Below are positions 20,275 to 32,035 of a stretch of DNA of 64,000 nucleotides, one piece after another; the first letter of the stretch is position 1, and each line of letters starts with the position of its first letter. Both the position numbers and the translations under genes were made by a program. The notes below the pieces were generated by a model. That model was not told the DNA's origin. It searched no databases and saw only the letters and a program-made list of their open reading frames with translations. Origin of the DNA: a virus (lineage: Duplodnaviria; Caudoviricetes). The stretch is taken from IMG/VR virus record IMGVR_UViG_3300042924_008490, positions 61,584 through 125,583 of that record; one strand, written 5' to 3'.

Positions 20275-20870
20275 GCGTGTACGACATATACGAAATAGGG
20301 GGTGGGGAGAGGGGTTTAGGATAGGGGGGGGGCGTATATGTCGTATATAGTGGGGTAGGGGGGTATTTTGTATATACTACCTACCCCCATTTGCGTATAT
20401 TACGTATATGTCGTATATACTACCTACCCCCATTTGCGTATATTACGTATATGTCGTATATACTACCTACCCCCAATTTGTGTATATTGCGTATATACTA
20501 CCTACCGCTCATTTTACGTATATACAGTATACCTCCTACCTACTTTCGTATATTTGTATATGTCGTATACCTCCCACATACTTTCGTATATGTTGTATAT
20601 TGCGTATATACTACCTACCGCTTATTTGCGTATATGTCGTATATCATAAGAAACTCGTATATCATTTTTTAGTATACCATAAAAAATACTTTCGTATATT
20701 GCGGAGCGATTGCCACAAATTTTTCGTATATTATTTTTCCTTCAAAAGAAGCAAAGATTTTTTTTCGTATATTGCAAGCAATTGCCACGAACAAAGTTCG
20801 TATATTAAAAATAAATTGACAAAAATATTTCGTATACCTTTCAAAAGTAACAATTTATTTTTTCGTATAT
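20275..20870. repeat. G-tract followed by CGTATA/CTACCTACC low-complexity repeats
   Basis: G-runs 20297-20365, then repeated TATATACTACCTACCCC and TCGTATAT. Confidence 0.8.
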
Positions 20871-21262
20871 AAAAAATTTTCTTAAAATTCAGTTTTTAAA
20901 ATTTTCGATTTAAGGCATTCAATTTTTCAATAAAGTAAATATATTACTTCAATAGTAAAATTCCCTTAGAAGCCGAAATTTTGACAAATAAGGCTATATT
21001 ATAAATTCCTTTGAACCTAAACTTTGACCTTTGAAAATTTCGTTTATTCCTTTGAAAAAATATTTTAAAATTATTTTAAAAATAATTGCCAAAAAACTTG
21101 CGTAAGAAAATAATTCGTCTTATATTTGCATATGCTTTTGAGGGAACGAATTAAGGGCTACAAAAAAAAGTTTTAAAAAATCTTAAAAAAAGTTTTGTAG
21201 TACCAATTATTATACTTACCTTTGTGTATCAAATTGATTATTCACTTTTTAACTACCTTATT

Positions 21263-21799
21263 ATGATTTCAGTTAATGATTTAAAGAATTTTTTGAATGA
21301 TGGTGGTTCTGCCACATTCGCAAATATTTCCGCTCAACTTGAGCAAAAAATGCTCAAAACAGGCAATCCGCTTCGTGATGCCAATATTACAAAATTGGTG
21401 ACGTACAATGTACGTCTGAATTGTAACTACCAAAACGCTGTTAATAACCAACGTGTACGTGAGGGCAAAGAAGCGGATTTTGTTTCAAAAGAGGCTTGGC
21501 ATAGCCCATTATATGATTGCTTCAATGGCTCGATTGCGCAACACAAAGCTGATGCTGCAATTGAAAATGACGAAGAAAAAAGGACTTACGTCAAAATGAT
21601 TTTGAACAGCATAACCACACACAATTACTTTGTAAATGGTGTGTTGGCAAATGAAGAGCAGGTTGAAATAATTAAAAAGTTCAAACAAAAGTCTAATTCC
21701 TATGTTGGACAAAACTTGGACAACCCGATACAAGTAATCACGGTCAAACGTGAGAACATTCTCGAAGTGAAAGCAGGCGGTAAAATATTAACCGCCTAA
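21263..21799 (+). CDS. Hypothetical early protein
   Basis: ORF after TAccTTTG promoter; GGACAGCC-TTCG-GGCTGTCC hairpin downstream. Confidence 0.6.
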   Translation: MISVNDLKNFLNDGGSATFANISAQLEQKMLKTGNPLRDANITKLVTYNVRLNCNYQNAVNNQRVREGKEADFVSKEAWHSPLYDCFNGSIAQHKADAAIENDEEKRTYVKMILNSITTHNYFVNGVLANEEQVEIIKKFKQKSNSYVGQNLDNPIQVITVKRENILEVKAGGKILTA

Positions 21800-21937
21800 T
21801 ATACTGAAACTTGGACAGCCTTCGGGCTGTCCATATCTTGGACAAATTATTTCAAAAGAAATTTTAAAAAACGTTTGAAAATTAGAATTTCTTTTGTATC
21901 TTTACACTATCAAATTAACAATTAAAAATTTACTACC

Positions 21938-22366
21938 ATGAAAAATTTATTTGTACTTTTCGCAGTTGTTCTTTTCTCAAATGTAACTTTCGGACAGTTA
22001 GCTTCTGTAAAAGCTGATAGTTCAAATTATGTGAGCAGTTTTGAGCAATTTTTCCAAAAAAATGATACACTAATTTTGACAGGCATTCAGCCAAAAGAAG
22101 TAAAAGTTGAATTGGTCGAATATGCTTCAAATGTAGGTATACGAACAGAGATGGTTTTGGTAAACCAAAAAGCTTTCACAGACGAAGAACAAGTCTTCGT
22201 ATACAAAGTTGCTTTGTCAGAAGCAATTGAAGAAAAGTGTAAAATTATTTCAAAATTGGACAAATTTCGAGAAAAAAACATTCAATTAAATGGTAAAACT
22301 CCTATAATTGAAAGACAAGTTACAGTATACGTAAAACAAAATACAACAGTCATATACGCAAACTAA
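21938..22366 (+). CDS. Secreted hypothetical protein
   Basis: Signal peptide ending TFG-Q. Confidence 0.55.
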   Translation: MKNLFVLFAVVLFSNVTFGQLASVKADSSNYVSSFEQFFQKNDTLILTGIQPKEVKVELVEYASNVGIRTEMVLVNQKAFTDEEQVFVYKVALSEAIEEKCKIISKLDKFREKNIQLNGKTPIIERQVTVYVKQNTTVIYAN

Positions 22367-22679
22367 AAATGCCCTTCGGGGCTTATCTTTAAAATTATTT
22401 TACTAATTTAATTTTTACTACTATGTTAAGCAAATTAAGTACATTAGAAAAAAATTACATTGCTTCAGCAATGGAAGTTCCAAATGGATATACTAAAATT
22501 TTGAATATGGTTAAGCAGGATAACCTTGACATATACGAAGTTTGGTATGAGGTATGCGATGCAGTTTGTTTTATGAAATTTCCTTCATTTAACGCAAAAT
22601 TCGCTTCGGTTCAAATGCAAAATAAATTGGCATTAAATAATAGATTTTTTGAAGAGCTGTCATAAGACAGCTTTTTTTT

Positions 22680-22695
22680 TGTTCCACGTGGAACA
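22680..22695. promoter_or_regulatory. parS: parS centromere-like palindrome (1 of 5)
   Basis: TGTTCCACGTGGAACA, matches the widespread bacterial parS consensus. Confidence 0.8.
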
Positions 22696-23246
22696 TTTTT
22701 TTTTTCTTTTGAAATTTCGTATATGCTTTAGATGTCGTATATTATAAATCTGTCGTATATGCTTAGGATGTCGTATATTGCATAATATACGAAAATTTTT
22801 CGTATATGTTGTATATTATTGATAGTCATTTCCTTAGAAGCAAAAATCTTTGATTTAAGGCATTCAAAATTCCGATTGGGGTTATGCCTTACTTCAGGGG
22901 TAAAAGTGGCTCAGAGGGCAAAATTTTGACAAATAAGGCTATATTATAAATTCTTTTGAACCTAAACTTTTACCCTTGAAAATTATTTTAAAATTATTTT
23001 GAAAATAATTGATAAAATGTTTGGATATTAAAATAACTTGTCATATCTTTGCAGAGTCTTAATGATTATTCAATATTAAAACTTAATAAGATGAAAGTTG
23101 GAATTTTTAAAAATGGTGTTCTCTTTTCTACAATAGCTTGTGGCGAACACAAATTGAATTATGTAATTAGTTATATGACAGATGTTATAAACGAATTAAA
23201 AGAAAAATGCCCAAATGAAAATTGGGAATTGAATGTAAGTTTATAA

Positions 23247-23262
23247 TGTTCCACGTGGAACA
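23247..23262. promoter_or_regulatory. parS: parS palindrome (2 of 5)
   Basis: TGTTCCACGTGGAACA. Confidence 0.8.
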
Positions 23263-24101
23263 AAGGCTCTCTAATGAGAGCCTTTTTTTATGCCTATATC
23301 AACCTGTCGTATATTGCGGAGCAATTGCCACGAACTATGTTCGTATATGTCGTATATTACTTTTGAAAATTATTTTAAAATAATTACTAAAATATTTTGT
23401 AATACTAATTGTATTGCATATCTTTGTAACAGCTAATTGATAGAGCATATCCCTGAGAGTAAATTTGAAGGTAGGAGTGCGCAAGCAGAAAACGCTTGCG
23501 TTTGTAATCCGACCCTACTTTAAAATAAAAAAAACGTATATCATATAAGCTGTCGTATATTGCGGAGCAATTGCCACGAACTATGTTCGTATATGTTGTA
23601 TATTATTGATAGTCATTTCTTTAGAAGCAAAAATCTTCGATTTAAGGCATTCAAAATTTCAATCGGGGTTATGCCTTACTTCAAGGGTAAAAGTGTCTCA
23701 GATGGCAAAATTTTGACAAATAGAACTATGTTAGTGTTCCTTTGAAACAAAGATTTTACCTTTGAAAATTATTTTAAAAATAATTTGAAAATAATTGCCA
23801 AAAAACTTGCACAGCAAAATAATTATGCTTACCTTTGTAAGGTCATTAAATTATTACACTTTAAAAATTCTACCTATGAATGCACCTCAAATGAACCACG
23901 CAGCTTATATGCAGAAGGTTAAAAAACTTTCAATTGAAAGTTTAAGATTTATAATTCAAGATTGCAGAGAGGCAATTGAGGCTATGCCTAATAACCCAAA
24001 AAATGGGTATTACATGGATGAAATTCACTACTGCTCGATGGAATTAACATCGAGAAAAAACAAGGGCAAATAGCCCTTTTTTTTATGCCTATATCTATCT
24101 G

Positions 24102-24245
24102 TCGTATATTGCGGAGCAATTGCCACGAACCATGTTCGTATATTGTGGAACAATTGCCACGAACCATGTTCGTATATTGTGGAACAATTGCCACGAACCA
24201 TGTTCGTATATTGTGGAACAATTGCCACGAACCATGTTCGTATAT
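24102..24245. repeat. 34-bp tandem repeat, ~4 copies
   Basis: Unit TCGTATATTGTGGAACAATTGCCACGAACCATGT. Confidence 0.9.
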
Positions 24246-24632
24246 GTCGTATATACTTTTGAAAATTATTTTAAAATTATTTTAAAAATAATTGATAAAA
24301 TGTTTGGATATTAAAAAAATAGCCGTATCTTTGTAGAGTCTTAATGATTATTCAATATTAAAACTTAATAAAATGCAAAAGCAAAAATTGATTATTGGGT
24401 ACTATATCAGTGGAATGCACACTGAAAACGGCACTCAATACGGCATAGTTTTGAGCGAGGGCAATTTACTCAAGGCTGCAAAGATAGCAGTGGAATTAGA
24501 ATGCAATGGTCATTTTTTCCCTGCACAGTATTTCAAACCAATATCCGAAAAAGATTTTTCGGAACTAAAATACGAAAAAATTGATGTGTTTTAATATACA
24601 AAAAAAGCGGTTCTTTTGAACTGCTTTTTTTT

Positions 24633-24648
24633 TGTTCCACGTGGAACA
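24633..24648. promoter_or_regulatory. parS: parS palindrome (3 of 5)
   Basis: TGTTCCACGTGGAACA. Confidence 0.8.
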
Positions 24649-25222
24649 ATTGCCACGAAATCTTTTCGTATATCGCAAAGCGATTGCAACGAACTTTTTT
24701 CGTATATGTCGTATATTGTTTTGAAAATTTTTTCGTATATTGCGTATATAATTCCAACGAAAAATTTTTCGTATATTATAAAATATTTGTATATTACTTT
24801 TGAAAATTATTTTAAAATTATTTTGAAAATAATTGATAAAATGTTTGGATATTAAAATAACTTGTCATATCTTTGCATAGGCTTTTGAGGGAATAAAGCT
24901 ATATTTTTTAACATTCTAATTTTTTTTCTTATGGATAACTTTATTGCAAATTACAAAGCGTTTATTAAAAAAACAACCAATATGGTTGCAGGCGTTGAAG
25001 CAGATTCGCTTCAAGCAGTAGAAGCAAAAATATACGAATATTTAAAAACTACTTCGCTGCCTCGTGCAAAAGCTGAAATATACCTATACAAAGGTATGAA
25101 AATTAAACGTGACAGAAGCGGTAACAAAACTTGCGTTTTTGATAGAGAATTAGTAAAAACAATACAACTGCCTTAATAGGCAGTTTTTTTTATTCGGTAT
25201 TAAAATTTTCGTATATTATAAA

Positions 25223-25238
25223 TGTTCCACGTGGAACA
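25223..25238. promoter_or_regulatory. parS: parS palindrome (4 of 5)
   Basis: TGTTCCACGTGGAACA. Confidence 0.8.
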
Positions 25239-25446
25239 TTTTTTTTTCGTATATTACTTTGAAAATTATTTTAAAATTATTTTTAAAATTTAACTAAAAA
25301 TATTTTGTAATACCAATTGTATTGCATATCTTTGTGACAGCTAATTGATAGAGCATATCTCTAAGACGAAGTTCGAAGGTAGGATTAATCCGACCCAACC
25401 CCAAATTGAAATCTTCGTATATTTTAAATATCCTAAAGAACAAATG

Positions 25447-25620
25447 TCGTATATCCTAAGAAGTTCGTATATCCTAAGAAGTTCGTATATCATAAGAAGT
25501 TCGTATATCATAAGAAGTTCGTATATCCTAAGAAGTTCGTATATCATAAGAAGTTCGTATATCATAAGAAGTTCGTATATCATAAGAAGTTCGTATATCA
25601 TAAGAAGTTCGTATATCATT
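25447..25620. repeat. 18-bp tandem repeat, ~10 copies
   Basis: Unit AAGTTCGTATATCMTAAG. Confidence 0.9.
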
Positions 25621-25635
25621 CAAAAGTAATATTTT

Positions 25636-25651
25636 TGTTCCACGTGGAACA
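25636..25651. promoter_or_regulatory. parS: parS palindrome (5 of 5)
   Basis: TGTTCCACGTGGAACA. Confidence 0.8.
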
Positions 25652-26314
25652 TTTTTTCTCATAAGGAATTTTTTTGTATATTATGCAATACCTAAAAATT
25701 TGCAAATTTTCGTATATAATAATACATTCGTATATTGTATAAAAATTGCCACAAAAAAATTCGTATATTGCGAAGCAATTGCAACGAACTTTGTTCGTAT
25801 ATCATTTATTTTCAAAAATTTATCTTTGAAAAATCTTTGATTTAAGGCATTCAATTTTTCAATAAGGGTAATACCTTACTCAGTAGGTAAAAGTGTCTTA
25901 GAAGCTAAAATTTAAGCCAATAGAAGCAAATAGATTTACCTTTGAATTACAGATTTTTTTACCTTTGAAGTTTTCGTATATTGCGAAGCAATTGCAACGA
26001 ACAAAGTTCGTATATTCCTTTGAAAAATATTTTAAAAATACTTTGAAAAAAATTTGGATAATAAAATAACTTGTCATATCTTTGCATTAAGATAGTTGAA
26101 AGGCAAACAACTAAGGTAAAAAAAAGCTTCAAAAAAAAGTTTTAAAAAATCTTAAAAAAAGTTTTGCGGTTTCAAAAATTTGTTTTATCTTTGCATCAGA
26201 TTAGTTGAAAGGGCGCAAAAAAAAACTTTTAAAATAATTGATAAAAAGTTTTGCGGTTTCAAAAATTAGTCTTATCTTTGTCTTATTAAATTATTCATTA
26301 AAAAACTTACTACC

Positions 26315-27271
26315 ATGAGTGCAGAAAAAATTAGCATTGAACAAAAAATTACAGACCTTTTTGTTAGCGGTCTTGAAAGCGGAATTGTAGCTTGGCAGAA
26401 ACCTTGGATAACTACCACTATTGGTAACGTTGCAACAGGTAACAGTTACACAGGTAGCAACAAATTTTGGGCAACTTTACACGCCAAAATGTATGGTGTG
26501 CAGCCACACTACACTACCATACTTGCAGCAGCCACAAAGCTTGGCTACAAGTCAAAGGGTAGCGGTTGGGTAGATAGCAAAGGCAATGCAGTTGCATTCC
26601 CAATTAAGAAAGGTGCTAAAGGGCTACATTTGATTAGAGTGGTGCAAATTACAAAAGAAAGCAAAGATGCCGATGGAAATGTGGTTTTGGACAGCGAGGG
26701 CAAACCAAAAAAGTTTAGCTTTCCAAGTATTACAGGGTTTTGTGTATTTAGCGTAGACCACATAGTTTGGGACTTGTCTAAATACATTCCAAAAGAAAAT
26801 GATAACCAAGTTTTGATAGAGGGCGAAACAATAGTAGCTAATTACGAAAAATGTCCTAAAATACAAAATTCGGACAGTGCGTTTTACAGCCCAAGTATGG
26901 ACTACATAGGAATGCCAACGCTTAACCAATTCAAGGAAAGCGCAGGTTACTACCGCACACTATTCCACGAATTAGTGCATTCCACAGGTAGCAGTGACAG
27001 ATTAAATAGAGCAGGGGTAGCGAACTTTGACCGCTTTGGCTCACACCAATATTCCTTTGAGGAATTGGTTGCCGAAATAGGTAGCGGTATGCTTTGCGAA
27101 ATAAGCGGTGTACCAATGGATATTGAAAATAGCGTTTCTTATTTGAACGGTTGGATAAAAGTCCTAAAAAGTGAACCTAAATGGATTGTGAAAGCTGCTC
27201 AAGAAGCTAAGAAGGCTGTTGAGTTTATTCTTGGACACAAACTCGAAGCTGAAAAAGTTGAAGCTGAATAG
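26315..27271 (+). CDS. ardC: ArdC-like antirestriction/ssDNA-binding protein with zincin metallopeptidase domain
   Basis: WQKPW, NVATGNSYTGSN, IKKGAKG, AFYSPSMDYIGMP, HELVHSTG, YSFEELVAEIG, SYLNGW. Confidence 0.9.
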   Translation: MSAEKISIEQKITDLFVSGLESGIVAWQKPWITTTIGNVATGNSYTGSNKFWATLHAKMYGVQPHYTTILAAATKLGYKSKGSGWVDSKGNAVAFPIKKGAKGLHLIRVVQITKESKDADGNVVLDSEGKPKKFSFPSITGFCVFSVDHIVWDLSKYIPKENDNQVLIEGETIVANYEKCPKIQNSDSAFYSPSMDYIGMPTLNQFKESAGYYRTLFHELVHSTGSSDRLNRAGVANFDRFGSHQYSFEELVAEIGSGMLCEISGVPMDIENSVSYLNGWIKVLKSEPKWIVKAAQEAKKAVEFILGHKLEAEKVEAE

Positions 27272-29960
27272 ATAACACAGGGGCATCCGAAAAGATGCCC
27301 CTTTTAACATTTGTACACTATGCATATACTAAAATTGGTTATTTTGATTAACTTGGTTAATCTTATATTCTATTATCTTTTGGACAAACGTAGCCGAAAG
27401 GAATTCGGTATATCAATAGTACTAATCAATTTCATTTGGAGTTTGACCATTACCTTAATATGGATAATATATAACATAAACGAAATTTTTTGATTTGTCG
27501 CATATTCGCAATTTGACCATCTGAGGCACTTTTTTCCTTTGAATGTATCTTTGCCTCTGAAGGAATATATAATGCCTTAGAATGGATTCAGGACAGCCAA
27601 AACTGATGTTTTATTGGTGCATTTGGCTCGGATTAAATCCTGATGCATATAGTCTAATTATATGTAATTAGATATAATTCCTTTGAAAATATTTTCAAAA
27701 TTCTTTTGAAATAATTTGGTAGTGTCAGATATTATGCTTACCTTTGTACCTATCGGAGGCTAAGGCGTAAAGCTTGGGGGTTTGTAATCCAATCCTGCAA
27801 TAAATTGAACTTTTTTAAAAATTTAACTAAAAATATTTGGAAATTAAAAAAGTTTATTTTGAGTGAAAATAAATTTGGATAATTAAAAAACTTATTGTAT
27901 CTTTGTGTTAAGATAATTGATAAGGGAATCAGTTAAAAATTCTTTTGAAAATATTTTTAAAATAATTGATAAAAAATTTTGTAGTACCAATTATTATTCT
28001 TATCTTTGTATCAAGTTAATAACAAATAAATAATGACTATGACAGCAGTACAAATTAGAACAGCAACCGAAAACATGACTTTTGAACAGGCTTGTTTTTT
28101 CATTGAAAATTTAAACCTTAAATTGGTTCTTTCTGAGAACTACCCCTTCTTAAAAAGTTGGGAGGTAGAAAACCATAAGGAATTTAGTCGAATTTCTAAC
28201 TATATGGATAGTTTAGAAAACAAAAAAGCAGAGGTGTTATTTGGGTTTTACGAATATTAAAATTTCAAGGGGAGCAGCATCCTACACTGCAAAAAATATT
28301 TTTAAAAATCTTTTGAAATAATTTGGTAGTGTCAGATATTATGCTTACCTTTGCACTACATTCAATTCACTAATTAAATTCTACCTATTATGAAAACGAC
28401 AGTAATTCTTTCAGCACTTTTGGTACTTATTTGTTGTACAATTTCGCTTACAAGTGTAATGCTTTGTGCGATTACATTTGGGACATTTTATTCATTGATT
28501 TTATTTGTTTCGGCTGTTACTTTTGGGGTTTTAGCTTCTGCATTTTCAGAATTTATTGTTAAAAATAAATAATTTTTTTTTCAAAAGAAAGTTCAAATTA
28601 AATTTGGACATTTGAACTTTCTTTTGTATCTTTGTCTTATTAAATTATTATTCACAATTTAAATTATATACCATGAGCAGAATTGAAGCTTCATTAGAAT
28701 TGCCAAACATTGGCGAAGTAGTTTTCTTTGCAGACCTTTCTGATTTCTCTAAAGAGAATGATGGCATTGGTGCTTACGAATATTGGGGACAGAAGTGCTA
28801 TGACAGTGGGACAGATTACCTACATTTGGAGGAACTTAATTGGGACAATTCCCTATACACTGAGGAACAAAATAAACTCATTTGGGATTGGGTTTGCGAG
28901 GTTGCAGGCGGAGAGGGTTGTCCGTACCAAGCACTCTGTGACAATGCAGAAGAGGTTTATGCTGATGATTTAGAAAGCCAAAGAGAAAATTATGCCCTAA
29001 GAAACCTTTAGGACATTCGGGGAGCAGCATCCGACCAACTGCAAAAAATATTTTGAAAATTCTTTTGAAATAATTTGGATTATTCAGAACTAATCACTAT
29101 TGTTGGACAATAAAATTGATAAATATTATGAAAGCAGCAGATTTAAAAAAGGGTTCAATTGTACAAATTAGACAAAACCTATCAACAGACAGAATGAATC
29201 AAGAAGTATTCGTAACAGTTGACAGGGTTACAGAAAAATTTATTTGGTTCAAAGGAAATTCCTTACAAAGAATGGGAAGAAATACTTTTGATACTTATGT
29301 TCAGCATTTCGGATATAAAATAATTTCTATATAATATAACAAGGGGTGCAGCATTATACCAACTGTAATTTTATAAACAATTAAAATTTAATTACTATGA
29401 CAAAGTTTATACTAACAATAGCACCATTGAATTGGTGTGGTTCTAATGATGAGGATTTATTCCAATTCATTGGGTCAAAAGAAGAGTGTCTTACTAAAGC
29501 AGCTTCTTTAGGACTAAATATGGAATTCATTGGAGGTAATTGGACTGCTTCTAATGGGACACAAGAAGCAGGTTTAACCCTTGCTTCTGATTGGGAATAA
29601 AAAAAGTTATATTATTTCAAAAGAAACTTTAAATTTTATTTGGATTATTGAAGTTTCTTTTGTATCTTTACACTATCAAATTATTCACTCACTATTAAAA
29701 GTTTAAAACTATGTCACCATTAGAAAAAAAAGAAGTATTCATTACTGAACTACAGAACAGAATTGAAGGTTGGTTAAGCGGTAATAGTTTAACCACTACA
29801 TTCATGACGTGTAAAGATGCACCCTCATTTGGGTGGTCTTTAGAGGAATATATGTATATGCCTATCGTAGCTGATAGGCTTAGAAAGAAAGGCTATTCGG
29901 TTTCAAGTTCAGTAAATTGGGGTGTTACTGATTGGCTTATTGCAGTCTAATTTTTTTTTT

Positions 29961-30013
29961 CAAAAGAAACTTGAAAATAAATTTGGAAGTTTCAAGTTTC
30001 TTTTGTATCTTTG
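29961..30013 (+). promoter_or_regulatory. Representative hairpin-promoter module (45-bp palindrome plus Bacteroidetes sigma-A promoter); ~25 copies between 21.8 and 45.6 kb
   Basis: CAAAAGAAACTTGAAA-loop containing TTTG-TTTCAAGTTTCTTTTG-TATCTTTG; 20-nt spacer between TTTG and TAnnTTTG. Confidence 0.85.
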
Positions 30014-30614
30014 TAACACAAAGGCAGACCAATCTGTGATTGGTATCTTTACACTATCAAATTAATCGCTTACGCTCTTATTTCATTTCACTCACAACTT
30101 AATACTTACTACCATGTTAAACGATTTCAGAGAACTTAAAAAATTACTTACCTCTTCAAGCAAAGAGGTACTTGCCCAACTAATGGTATTGGAAATTAGA
30201 TTGGAACAGATTGAACATCTGTATGGGAATTTGTCCACGATACCTCCAATTGAACTAAAGAATATTTCAAGGGAAGATTATGTCTTATGGGATACAAAAA
30301 ACAATTGTCCTAAAGAGGACTTAGATATTGTATACCATTTCACTTCGGTGATAGAATTCTTAAATGATGGGATGAAAATTGAGGAAGGTGAACAATTTTG
30401 GTGTATAAAAAGCATTCCTTTGAGATGGCAAGTTCTGTATGATGCAGAACTTGAAAGATGCAAATAAATTATTTCAAAATAAAAATTTTGGGTTTACACA
30501 AAAGAAACTCTGAATTTTATTTGGAAGTTTGGAGTTTCTTTTGTATCTTTACACTACAATATTAAATCGCTTACGCTCTTATTTCATTATTCACTACTTA
30601 ATACTTAAAAGATT

Positions 30615-31220
30615 ATGGCTACACGTTCTTGCATTAAAATTGAAGGAGTTACCTTTGCAAAAGTTTACAAACATTGGGATGGTTATCCTAATGCAATGTT
30701 AGGTTGGCTTGAAACTTTCAACAAAAGCTTTGCAGAAAACAGAGGTGATGACCCTCAATATAAATTTGCACAACTGCTAAGGAGTTCTACCAATCCAATA
30801 TTTGAATTGGATACAAATGAGTTCACAGGTTATGGGGTTGTTCCCTTTGAAGCTAATTGTGGAGAAGAGTTTGAATATACTCTTATGCCAAATGGAGAAG
30901 TGGTTGTAAAAGAAATAGGGGTTGAAGATAATTGTGGAGAAGAGGTTGTAAAAAAAAAATTTAAAACTATGAATTCTATTGTTAAGTTTTTAAGAAATAC
31001 TTTCACTAAAAGTAATTGGGAAACTGTTTTTTCAGGTGATGTTAAAAGCAGAAGTGGTGGAGGTAAACTAATGTTACAAGTTGAAAGAAAAAAGAATTTA
31101 TATAGAGCCATAGCTTATTCAGGTGCATGGGGTGAACATTTAGAAATTTCTTTAAGTCAATTGGTACATACATTCCCTGAAGCGATGACAGTTTTACATA
31201 GAGAAAATATTAAGTGGTAA
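30615..31220 (+). CDS. Conserved-looking phage hypothetical protein
   Basis: MATRS...YKHWDGYP motif typical of a phage early-protein family. Confidence 0.55.
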   Translation: MATRSCIKIEGVTFAKVYKHWDGYPNAMLGWLETFNKSFAENRGDDPQYKFAQLLRSSTNPIFELDTNEFTGYGVVPFEANCGEEFEYTLMPNGEVVVKEIGVEDNCGEEVVKKKFKTMNSIVKFLRNTFTKSNWETVFSGDVKSRSGGGKLMLQVERKKNLYRAIAYSGAWGEHLEISLSQLVHTFPEAMTVLHRENIKW

Positions 31221-31587
31221 AAATTATTTCAAAAGAAATTCTGAATTTTATTTGGAAGTTTGGAGTTTCTTTTGTATCTTTGTCTTACTAAATTGTTCAC
31301 TACTAAAAATACTACCAATGAAAACTTCAATTTTTTTCGACCTTATAATTATAGGGGTTCTAATGTATATAATTGCATTCATGCTTTCTAATACTGAAAG
31401 TTCTTCTGTTGCTTCTACTGAACCAACTTATTGGAGTGGGGATGATACTTTGAAAGTGATGTTTGTAAAAGATAGTGCTTATATTGTTAACGTTAAAAAA
31501 TAATTTTTTTTCAAAAGAAATTTTAAAAAACATTTGGATAATTGAAATTTCTTTTGTATCTTTGTAACACAATTAAAAATAACAGCT

Positions 31588-31920
31588 ATGAAAAAGATAT
31601 TTCTCTTTGTACTACTATTAGGTTCTTTGAATTTGTTTGCTCAAGAAATTGAAGCAGTTGAAGAAGATACTTTGTATTATATTCAATTGTTCACTACACA
31701 GAATCCCGAATTAGTGAGGGCAGAACATTTGGCAATGGCACAAGATGAAATTGTATATGAAAAAGAGAATGGTAACTATAACTTCCTTGTTTTCTATGGA
31801 GATTTAGAAACCGCAGAAGTGATGCTTTATACTTGGCAAAGGGCACACAAAAAAGCCTTTATAACCATAAGAAATACAAAACAAGCAAAAGGATTATATC
31901 CTTTCTATACAGAAAATTAA
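31588..31920 (+). CDS. Secreted SPOR-like protein
   Basis: Signal peptide; YYIQLF...AFI pattern; similar to 34453-34755. Confidence 0.45.
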   Translation: MKKIFLFVLLLGSLNLFAQEIEAVEEDTLYYIQLFTTQNPELVRAEHLAMAQDEIVYEKENGNYNFLVFYGDLETAEVMLYTWQRAHKKAFITIRNTKQAKGLYPFYTEN

Positions 31921-32035
31921 ATTATTTCAAAAGAAATTTAGAGTTTTATTAGGATAATTCAAATTTCTTTTGTATCTTTGTAGGGCAATATTGGAGTTTA
32001 ACACTATTGGCATATATTTATATTAAATATAATAT

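Noticed and set aside
19986-20872. ORFs rich in YILPT/CVY
   Set aside because: Translations of low-complexity repeats, open in several frames
23429-23520. TPP riboswitch or hammerhead ribozyme
   Set aside because: Only CTGAGA/GTAGG fragments match; full cores (CUGAUGA...GAAA or the TPP junctions) are absent
24144-24222. DnaA boxes (TGTGGAACA)
   Set aside because: Two mismatches to TGTGGATAA; better explained as parS half-sites
24102-25620. CRISPR array
   Set aside because: Repeats are head-to-tail with no unique spacers, and no cas genes are visible
25341-25629. ORFs (MIYELL)n and (SSYIIR)n
   Set aside because: Products of the 18-bp tandem repeat with no initiation context
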